From Eledone cirrhosa (lineage: Eukaryota): a stretch of DNA of 64,000 nt. A model generated the notes under the pieces. It was given only the letters and a program-made list of their open reading frames with translations. It did not search any database and was not told the DNA's origin. This document shows positions 14,203-24,808 of the stretch, one piece after another (position 1 is the first letter of the stretch; every line of letters begins with the position of its first letter). The translations under genes and the position numbers were made by a program. The DNA lies in assembly GCA_964016885.1 (NCBI GenBank), contig OZ024743.1, forward strand, positions 42,780,001-42,844,000. The letters run 5' to 3'.

Positions 14203-14937
14203 ATGCAGTTCTCTGGCTACAATCAGAGAGAAAAAATCAGAGTGTATAGAGGAGCCAGAACTAAATGGGAAAAAATGGTAAATAATGACATAAATGGGAC
14301 CTGCCCCTTGTATAGGAGCAAATTTTGGAATAGAATAGAAAGAACTAGGAATAAGGCTAATAGAATAAACTCATGGTATGATAGCAATAAATACCAGAGT
14401 GTAATGTTCCTCGATACAACCCATACAGGTGAATTAGCTTACAAATTTAGAAGGGCCCTAAATAAACATAAACTCAATATTAAGATAGTAGAAAGACCAG
14501 GTACCTCCGTAAAAACACTTATTAGCAAGACATACCCTTTCCAAAGACCCTCATGTATAGATAAGAAATGTATAACCTGTAAAATAAGCCCCCATATTAA
14601 TTGTAAAACTGGAAATGTAGTGTATAGCATAAGATGTACTGAAGGACAATGTAGAGACAAAAATATAGTGTACATAGGTGAGATAGCTCGTAGTGTAGGG
14701 GAACGGATAAATGAACACTGGCGAGACCTTCAAGATAGTAAAGAATCATCTGTACTCTACCAACATACTAAAATAGAACACAAGGGTAAATTAGAGAACA
14801 TAGAAATAAAAATAAAATCTACACACAGAAAAGACGCAATGTTTAGACAAATTACAGAGGCAATAAACATAAAAGAATTACAACCAAAATTAAATAGAAA
14901 ATATGAGTGGAACAGCAACATCACAACTTACAATTAA
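14203..14937 (+). pseudogene. PLE thumb + Cys linker + GIY-YIG endonuclease (5'-truncated)
   Basis: MQFSGY...CIDKKCITC...NVVYSIRC...YIGE...LNRKYEW; clearly homologous to the C-terminus of the 1212-aa ORF. Confidence 0.9.
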
Positions 14938-15137
14938 GGACAAAATGAAAACACACACACACATAGAACAAACAACCAACCAGTAACATGTAAATAAACA
15001 AATAAATAAATGAACATAAACACACACAGGCACCCGGATGTGGCGCATGCGCAAACTGAGCACACAACACACACACAGAAACAAAATGGCGTAGGACAGA
15101 ACAAAGGAGAGGCACATAAACAAAGAAAGGAATCCCC

Positions 15138-15182
15138 AGTCACTGAAGAGGTCACAGAGTGTGTGACGAAAGAACTATGACT
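15138..15182 (+). ncRNA. Minimal type I hammerhead in pLTR
   Basis: AGTCA-CTGAAGA-G-GTCACA(GAGTG)TGTGAC-GAAA-GAAC-TA-TGACT. Confidence 0.82.
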
Positions 15183-15429
15183 ATATATAAACAACTATCT
15201 GGTTGTGGAACCAACCAACCAACCAGAAATTTATAAATTTATAAAGTTATTATAAATTTATTATAATAAATTGAAGTGAAAGCAACTGGTGCGTGTGTTT
15301 CTTATTGGTAATATGACCCTCCCAAATTATAACAATATCGGTTTCAACACACCATTTCAGATAAAGAATCTTGCTAAACAAATTCAGAAACGAAATATAT
15401 ATATATATATATATATAATATAAATATAT

Positions 15430-16650
15430 GACCAAAAATTAATATGGTTCATTGATTACTAAATGACTAGTTTTACAATAGATTAAAAGAACTCTACAAT
15501 GAAGTTTTCTGGAGTTATTAATATTATTCAAAATATTAATCAATTTTACTCTAATCATCCTAAAAGTGTTAAAAATGCAATACTCAATCAGTAGTGTCCA
15601 TCCAACAACGAATATCCAGACTATCTGCTAACAGATCCATTTTTAATAGTAAAGCTGTATATTATAATGAAGCGTTACATAAAGCAGGATATAAAAAATA
15701 ATATTGAATATGTAGAAAAAATAATATTAATTATAAACACAATATTCATAATAATAAGAATAAAAATAAAACTGACTATAAAAATAACAACTTGGAGAAT
15801 AAATCGGGGAAAAATATTAGGACTAGATCTATAATTTGGTATGCCCCACAGGCATCTTTAGCTATTAAAACACCTTTAGCACATTTATTTTTTAAAGCCT
15901 TGGATAAATGTTTCCCTAGATCCCATTAGTATTACTCTATCTTCAATAGACACAGAGTTAAACTCTCTTATTCAACAACTATGAATATTGCTCAAAATAT
16001 TGCAAAAATTAATAGCAAAATTCTTAATTTGAGCCAGCATATAATTAGCGTTAATAACAATAATAATAACAATAATAATACAGTAGTTAATGTGAATAAC
16101 AATAACAATAGTTAAAATAGGAATAATAGTAGAACACCTAGAAATAATAGCAATGATAATATGAATAGTTTAGATTATAGAAATAACACGGAATTGAACT
16201 GTAACTGTAGAAGGAAATCTGATTGCCTTTTACAAAATAATTGCCTTGATGAGAATTTAGTATATAAATGTACCATTAATACACATAATAATAATAATAA
16301 TACTTATAACTACATTGGTGCCACTTCATAGAACTTTAAGTTTCGCTTTTCCAATCATAAACATTCTTTCTCAAATCCAGATAAAAACATTTTCTACTTC
16401 ATTATCACAATTAATATGGTCTTTAAAAGAGAAAAATATTAAATACTCAATTTCTTGGTGTAAACTTAGGAATTCTGATTCCTATCGGAACGCTTCCATT
16501 TCACCAAAATGAAATCTTTGCAATTTAGAAACTCTATTAATAATTACCAATTATGGTAATTTAATTAATAAAAAAAAAAAAATATTTGCAACTTTCCATA
16601 AATCTGGAAAGACATTTCAAGCATCATACAAATTTAGAAAAAAATATTGA
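15430..16650 (+). pseudogene. Old, degenerate Naiad-type PLE (thumb + GIY-YIG)
   Basis: IFNRHRVKLSYSTTMNI; CNCRRKSDCLLQNNCLDENLVYKC; YIG; TSLSQLIWSLK; K*NLCNLE; collinear with 61249-61830. Confidence 0.8.
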
Positions 16651-17573
16651 CTATTATTAATAATACTTGAATTATTATTATTATATATATAATGTTTTGC
16701 CTTACCTTAAAAATTGTATATCGGGTTTTTTATATAGTTAGTTAATCTCATGATGTGACTCACGATCCTAAGTTCGGGTTTTAGAATGGTCATTGTACAA
16801 CTAGAATTTTCTGAATTTGCAGTTTGAAATAACTTCTGGCTTTCAAAGCACTTAGTTAATATAAATGATCACATATGGATTACCTTCCCTTGTTTACATT
16901 CTTCGTATATAATTTTCGTTCTATCCAAATGGATTAATAATGTATATTTAACATGATATTAATCCTTAAAGGGAAACTACATATATTATGATATTATGAT
17001 ATAGTTACGGAATTAAAATCGAAATAATAATATTTTCAAGAGTAAATATAACTACTTGTTAATCCTATAAGTAAATGACAACTGTTTATAATGTAAAAAG
17101 AATAATTCACATAATAATTCTAAACATTATAAAAAATGCATATACTGATGGTGATATGCGAATAAGTTGTGGTAAATATCCTTATACATATTTAATATGT
17201 TTCTAAACTTGCTTGATAGGTAAAAATGTTTTTTGATTTTTGAATTTTGTAACAAAATATTGAATATATTTATTAATTGAACTATGCTTCTGATTATTAT
17301 AGAAAATATTTTTATATTGTTTAATTTTGATATAATATATTAGAATAATTAGCTCAAACATAACCAAATACAAAATATATTAAAAATTTCACGGTATTTA
17401 ATTGGTCGCTTCTAATTGACTTAATATTTGAAAACAACGGTCACGCATCATGTCCCTTTCTTCTTTCTTTCTTTCTTTCATTTTTTCCTTTTTGCAGTTA
17501 CGTCTTCCCTCTTCTCTCTCCTTTTCTCTCTCTCCGTCTATCTTCTCTTCTTTTTTCTCTCTTCTTTTTTCTT

Positions 17574-17637
<64 letters not shown>

Positions 17638-17887
17638 CTTCCTTAACACAGATATTTATGCTTTAAATATATAAATATTTATGTACGTATGTGTTTATTT
17701 ATTTCTTCTTACATTTCTCATACTCCTTATACTTATATCTCGCTCTACATCCTCTTCTTCGTCATATTTAAGTTTATCATGTTATTATTTGTATATATAA
17801 ATAGTGAGATTTGTTGTAATAAATCACTGCCAATACTGGAATTGAACCAGCAAGACAGTTGAGATATGTCATACATCAATACATATA

Positions 17888-17949
17888 TTTTATCTGATGA
17901 GGACGTACTGAAAAAACAGCCCAGTACCTCCGAAATATATATAATAAAA
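17888..17949 (+). ncRNA. Type I hammerhead with palindromic (UA) stem III
   Basis: TTTTAT-CTGATGA-GGA-C-GTACTG(loop)CAGTAC-C-TCC-GAAA-TATATA-TA-ATAAAA. Confidence 0.85.
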
Positions 17950-18103
17950 CATATTTTGATTATGTTGAACGTCTTAATTTATTAATATTTTGAATAATAT
18001 TTTATATAATTATATATATATATATCAATGATAATAATAAATGGAAACTATATTTATAAAACCATATTTATTCTATTATATGTATTTTAAGGGTACCAAA
18101 ACC

Positions 18104-18795
18104 TTGCGTTTCGTTTCGCTTTTTCTACCCGCCGAAATGCGAGTCTCGCTGAATTTATATTTGTATTAATCTCCCGAGTCTTACAATTAACCTATTAATA
18201 ATTCTATCGACAGATTAATTGCATAAGTTTATTTTAAAACTACCTGGTTGAGTGCTTATTAGATTTGTGTTAATTATGCAATTGTTTGCATGACTTATAC
18301 ATACTTAATTCATTTGCCAAAGTTTGGGGTTTTCGGCCTTTGAGTTACGCCTGTGCTTTTACAGAGCTCTGTGTCATTCAAAAAGTTGGCGCAGAGTAAA
18401 ATACCTGTTGATAACGTGATATTCCTTGTTCCATCATTATACCAAAAGCTTATAGTTTTAAGCAGACAGTCTTATTGATTTAGGTATCATAGAAACCCTG
18501 CATTTGGATTTTTCCATCAATTCCAATGGGTCCAGGTCGGTTCTATATGTATATATGTTTATTTATATATTTATATATGATTTTATCATTTATTTTGTTT
18601 GACCTGTTGAGCTTGACTTGTTTTTTGGCTTAGGTGGTTAATGCCTTATTGACCACTTTTTCAGTTTGTATGGCGTTTTAACTTATATGCTTAGCTCTGG
18701 TTTTTAACTATAGAACGCTTGCCAGCATAACTCTGATTTTTCGTTTCGCTTCGCTTTTTCTACCCGCCGAAATGCGATTCTAGCTGAATTTATAT
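18104..18795 (+). mobile_element. ~635-bp element with ~55-bp terminal direct repeats ending in (AT)n
   Basis: cgtttcg.ttcgctttttctacccgccgaaatgcga.tct.gctgaatttatat at both ends; the same terminus occurs at 8690-8745, 29315-29350 and 30725-30755. Confidence 0.65.
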
Positions 18796-18823
18796 ATATA
18801 TATATATATATATACAGTGTATG

Positions 18824-20046
18824 TGTGTCTGATGGTAGCTAAGATGCTTCCATAGGCGGTATGCCGGTTGAGCACTCTATGTTATAAAAGAAATATAAAA
18901 TATATTAAAAATATACATATAACGTCACATAGAGATAGATAGTGAGCAATAGATGAAAGGGTGTGCCCAGGTGTATGTGTCTACAGAGATGTTGTTACGT
19001 TGCGAACATGGATCAAACCACATATGGAATCTTTGCGCAAAGCCACATATGTGTGGTAAATGTTCTGTTGATTGTCTTGTGTTAATAGGATTGATGTGGT
19101 TTCAGGGAGAGAGGCTGAAAGAGATGTTAAGAAATTTATGATCTAGTGACCGGTCGGCTGTTTGAGAGCTAATAGCGGTGTGATGGTATGTATTCCGTAC
19201 GTTAGAATCCATGTGGTTCAGTTCTAATTTTGCGATTGCTGGGTTGAATCACGGTGGTTTGAAATTTGTGAACTTGGTAGCTATTTTATGCCTGCAGAAA
19301 ATTGATCTTTCTATTTTGCTGGCAAGCAGCATCTTACCGTACCTTAAAATATGGAATAGCTGCATATTGCAAAGTCTGGAGTGGGATATTCCATTGTTGT
19401 AGGCCATTGTACATCTGTAACTTCTTTACCTATTTGTCACATATTTTATTATTGCTGTTATTGTTTTTATTATACGCTATTTCTCTATATATATCTTGCC
19501 ATGTATGAATTATTTTTGTATTCTGAGGATTTGATCAGAGGTAAATAATGTAATGGAGATCGAGCGACGCAACTTCGAGCGATTAGCAGCCTCTAGACTC
19601 ACCTGATCAATGTAACAATTTTTAATACCAGAAATAAAGCCCCTTGTTGTACAGTCAACCATGTTACTCTTCATTCTCTCACTATTATTACTCCGAGTAT
19701 AACCTGTATAGCAATTCCCGCTAAATCGCTGCCTAACTATGGAAACATCTTGTTTAGTCAAACAAAGCCATGCGTTAAAACTATCCACGACACAGAGTAC
19801 TCACAACCTCTAACTGGATTACCTATAACGATAACTTGTTATCCCATATATATATATGTTATCCCATATATACAATGATCGCGTCTCGAGCTGTCCGCCG
19901 GAGAAACAATTGTAACACACAATAAATTGAGTTCAGATGCATCACTGATGTTTCGTATTCTATTCTATCATACTCTGCTCTGTAAGAGCATAGAATGCTC
20001 AACCGGCATACCGCCTATGGAAGCATCTTAGCTACCGTCAGACACA
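18824..20046. mobile_element. Old PLE-like insertion with 58-bp terminal inverted repeats between TA tracts
   Basis: 18824-18881 is the reverse complement of 19989-20046 (2 mismatches). The minus-strand interior weakly resembles a decayed GIY-YIG; HHR 3' half GAAA-CAATTG-TA near 19903. Confidence 0.6.
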
Positions 20047-20124
20047 TATATATTTTATATATCATATATATATATATATATTTATTAAAATAACAGATTA
20101 AAGTATATATATATATATATACAC

Positions 20125-20304
<180 letters not shown>

Positions 20305-20560
20305 TTGCGAGGTTTTTTATATGAAATCGTGTGTCGAAACAGATATTGTTATATTTGGGGAGGGTCATATTTGCGTAATATTGCCAGAATTAATAACAGA
20401 ACACACTCACTGTTTGGTTGGTTTTCGCTTCTCGCTGTCTTTTATATATATATATCTGCGATCTAACTTACTCGGTCCTCAATGTTGCCATTGACTGACC
20501 GGCGGTCAAAAATAAAATAATACAGATACAATATAGACAAACACATATATATATAGTTTA

Positions 20561-20598
20561 CATAAATCTTTCGTTGCACATCTGCAACATCGTCAGTG
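20561..20598 (-). ncRNA. pLTR hammerhead motif (copy 1)
   Basis: Reverse complement of 24553-24590. Confidence 0.62.
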
Positions 20599-20858
20599 GT
20601 GTTATATTCATTGTTCCTCCTGTTGTGTTGTATGTCTACGCCATTTTTTTTTTTTTTGTTCAGTCCGTCTATATATTTATTTATTTATTTGCTTGTTTGT
20701 TTATCTTATTTTATTTTGTCTTCTTTGCGCATGCGTTTGCGTGTGTGATGTGTGACTAGTGTGTATAGTGTTGTGTCTGCTGGGTGACTAGTGTGTGTTT
20801 ATGTGCTTGTGTATGTATTTATTTATCTTATTTTATTTAATTTAATTTACTTATTTAT

Positions 20859-23499
20859 TTATACTTCTCTTAGGTCAGTGTTGTTTGTTTGGGTGTTGTT
20901 GTTGTTCCACTCATTCTTTCTGTTTAGCTTTGGTCTTCTAATTTCTATTTCACTGGCCTCTCTGATTTGCCTATCTGCTGGGTCATTCCTATGTTTAGAT
21001 ATTATTCTAATTTCTATGTTGTCTATGTTACCGTCATGATGTTGTCTAGCATGTTCGTATAGTACTGACCCGTTTTTTCGTCCTTTTAGTTCCCCCCAGT
21101 GTTGGTCTATCCTTTCACCTATGCTACGAGCTGTCTCACCTATGTATGTTGTTGTCGTGTTTCTGCAAGTACCCTCTGTACATCTTATGCTATAGACTAC
21201 GTTTCTAGTTTTACAGTTTATCCGGGGGTTCACCTTACATATGATACATTTCCTATTGGTACAGTGGGTTTTCTTAAAAGGGTAGGTTTTGCTGATCAGG
21301 GATTTTATGGTGGTTCCTGGCTTTTCTACCACCTTTATTTTTAAGTGGGTCTTTCTCAGGGCCTTTCTACACTGGTTAGCTAATTTCCCTCCAGGGGTGG
21401 CGTCCACAAACATGACACTCTGATATCCCTGGTTGTCGTACCATGATGTGGCCTTCCCTATCTTATGTCTAGCCCTATCTAAGCTATTCCAGGATTTGCT
21501 CCTGTATAGTGGGCAAATTCCTTTCATGTCCAGTTCTATGAGGGTCTTATACTTTTCCATGGCTCCTTCGTATACTCTGACTCTGTCTCTTTGGTTGTAG
21601 CCAGAGAACTGCATGCGGTTGATGAAGTGTTGGATGTGTCCTTCCATTTCTGTTGGGTCGCACATGCTGGACACATTCTTCATCACTCGTACCAAATCTG
21701 CGATCAGAATATTAAACTTAGCACTACTGGACATTGCTGAGTTTTTGAGTATCAGGTATTTGGAGGCCATGGGTTTAGCATAGTGTGAGTGGAGAATTTG
21801 GGCTCTCTCGTCTATAGTGTTAATCCAGAGTTCTGTGTCTAATACAGGTAGTCTATTGTTAGGGTGTTTGGAAGGGAAGTCTATAGTTACAGTTATACTC
21901 TGGTGTATGGAATTAGCTATCTGCTGGATGCTTTCCATCGTGCCACGTTCTAAATCAAACTTGTTAGTGCTCTCTAGTGGGGGTGTTCTTATAACTATAT
22001 TGATATCGTCTACATAACGAGAGTACATGATGAGGTCTATGGAGCTTTCATTAAGGAGATCTTTAAGTCTCCTTTCCCACCATACCATGAAAAGGTTGGC
22101 AACATCGCCAGCTATGCTGACGCCGATGGCTGCTCCCTCATTTTGGGTGTAGATTTTCTCATTGAACTTAAATATGTGGCCCTTTAGGGTAGTTTTGATA
22201 CTAGCCCCTATTGCATGTGCGACCATTTTTCTTACCTGATCAGTGTTTTGGGGGGTCCGTATAGCTTTGGTCCACCCAATCCACCTTCCTATGGGAGTCT
22301 TTTTAGCCATTGAGGTTATGGTGGGGGGTCTACCTCTTATAGGTCTACTAGGGCAGAAACATCTAAGGTCATGGCTGTCTAGGTAGTCAGTGTCGTAGGT
22401 AAGTCTAAGTAGGAGGCCCAGTTCGTCTGTGTCGACGTCGCAGAACTCCACCTCACTCTCAATGATCATCTCCACACATCTTTTCACAGCAAAATCAATG
22501 TTAATGGATGGGTACAGTGACACCACATCCATGCTGCCTATTATGCAGTTGGATAGGCTCCTGTTTTTGTTGCACTCACTGATTCTGCTGAGGAGGTCCT
22601 CTGTACTTTCACATACATCTGGGGACATCTTGATTATGGGGCGTATAACCATTGAGAGGAAGTAGGAGATCCTGTAGTTGCTAGCTATATTAGCTCCGCA
22701 TACAGGTCTTGTTGGTGGTCCTGTTGTCGGGTCGTCGACTGTCTTGTGGTCTTTGCGGAGCCCATACAAGGGTGGTATGCCATTGTTAGACGCATGGAAG
22801 TTGTTGGCAGTGCGTCTGCTTGGCTTTAGGATGTCAGTCCACATCATCATGTGAGCGTTGAGGATTTTTTCTCTCCCATCGTGTGTTAGTTGTGCAACTT
22901 CGCTCGTGTTGGTGATGTGGGGTTGCATTGCCTCGATGTAGTTCGGCATGCTATCTATTGACATCCTACCAGACTTATCTGTGGGTAGACACACTACCTC
23001 ACCATCCCTTGTGCGCTGCTTGAGGCTAACCAAGCCTTCTACAGGTTTTATCCCAAGTTGTTGGGCCTCTGGTCTGCTCTGTCTCATAGTGTACCTGTCT
23101 ACTACTTGTCTAATCTTATTTCTAGCTATGGTGAACTGTGCCTCCGTCTCGTCATCTATTTGTTGTGGTATGCAAACTCTTTTATTAAAGGGTAACCTCG
23201 TAGGATAGATATTACCCATCTTATATGTTTTGTCAGCTGGGTTGAAAAATAGTTTCTCTAAGGGGTTGTCGTTATTTCTATCGTCATAGTTGTGTGTGTT
23301 GCTATTATTATTATCATGGTGGTTGTTGTTGTTTCTATCATTAGCTTTAATATTATTATTGTTATGATTGCTAGATGTATTGTTGTTTACTTCACCGTTA
23401 TTGTTGTTGTTGTTACTGCTATTTCTACCATTGTGGTTGTTACTATTATTATGTTTCTTGTTTTTGTTGATGTTGCTACATGTACTATTTCCATTTCCA
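20859..23499 (-). pseudogene. 5'-truncated inverted copy of the PLE ORF (Asn tract, RT and EN in frame)
   Basis: Matches 25781-28421 with a few substitutions (FHASN vs FQASN, NQGY vs NQRY). Confidence 0.95.
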
Positions 23500-24294
23500 A
23501 CAGAAATGGAAGGACACATCCAACACTTCATCAACCGCATGCAGTTCTCTGGCTACAACCAAAGAGACAGAGTCAGAGTATACGAAGGAGCCATGGAAAA
23601 GTATAAGACCCTCATAGAACTGGACATGAAAGGAATTTGCCCACTATACAGGAGCAAATCATGGAATAGCTTAGATAGGGCTAGACATAAGATAGGGAAG
23701 GCCACATCATGGTACGACAACCAGAGATATCAGAGTGTCATGTTTGTGGACGCCACCCCTGGAGGGAAATTAGCTAACCAGTGTAGAAAGGCCCTGAGAA
23801 AGACCCACTTAAAAATAAAGGTGGTAGAAAAGCCAGGAACCACCATAAAATCCCTGATCAGCAAAACCTACCCTTTTAAGAAAACCCACTGTACCAATAG
23901 GAAATGTATCATATGTAAGGTGAACCCCCGGATAAACTGTAAAACTAGAAACGTAGTCTATAGCATAAGATGTACAGAGGGTACTTGCAGAAACACGACA
24001 ACAACATACATAGGTGAGACAGCTCGTAGCATAGGTGAAAGGATAGACCAACACTGGGGGGAACTAAAAGGACGAAAAAACGGGTCAGTACTATACGAAC
24101 ATGCTAGACAACATCATGACGGTAACATAGACAACATAGAAATTAGAATAATATCTAAACATAGGAATGACCCAGCAGATAGGCAAATCAGAGAGGCCAG
24201 TGAAATAGAAATTAGAAGACCAAAGCTAAACAGAAAGAATGAGTGGAACAACATCAACACCCAAACAAACAACACTGACCTAAGAGAAGTATAA
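23497..24294 (+). pseudogene. 5'-truncated tandem copy (thumb + GIY-YIG)
   Basis: Matches 27624-28421; NNIN vs NNNN. Confidence 0.95.
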
Positions 24295-24808
24295 ATAAAT
24301 AAGTAAATTAAATTAAATAAAATAAGATAAATAAATACATACACAAGCACATAAACACACACTAGTCACCCAGCAGACACAACACTATACACACTAGTCA
24401 CACATCACACACGCAAACGCATGCGCAAAGAAGACAAAATAAAATAAGATAAACAAACAAGCAAATAAATAAATAAATATATAGACGGACTGAACAAAAA
24501 AAAAAAATGGCGTAGACATACAACACAACAGGAGGAACAATGAATATAACACCACTGACGATGTTGCAGATGTGCAACGAAAGATTTATGTAAACTATAT
24601 ATATATGTGTTTGTCTATATTGTATCTGTATTATTTTATTTTTGACCGCCGGTCAGTCAATGGCAACATTGAGGACCGAGTAAGTTAGATCGCAGATATA
24701 TATATATAAAAGACAGCGAGAAGCGAAAACCAACCAAACAGTGAGTGTGTTCTGTTATTAATTCTGGCAATATTACGCAAATATGACCCTCCCCAAATAT
24801 AACAATAT
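24295..24808 (+). repeat. Pseudo-LTR (3' UTR + 5' UTR + ORF start), repeated at 28422-28935 and inverted at 20301-20858
   Basis: Direct sequence match. Confidence 0.93.
24553..24590 (+). ncRNA. pLTR hammerhead motif (copy 2)
   Basis: CA-CTGACGA-T-GTTGCA(GATG)TGCAAC-GAAA-GATT-TA-TG. Core and stem II are clear, proximal stem I is short; same position as the 15138 HHR. Confidence 0.62.

Larger units (their letters stand above)
14170..15396 (+). mobile_element. 5'-truncated Neptune-like PLE (second subfamily) with pLTR ending in (AT)n
   Basis: C-terminal ORF piece, UTR, HHR, then a new ORF start MTLPNYNNIGFNTPFQIKNLAK running into (AT)n. Confidence 0.9.

Noticed and set aside
23368-23540. Novel-looking N-termini on the 308-aa and 893-aa ORFs
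   Set aside because: Antisense read-through across the inversion junction; no evidence of real start sites.
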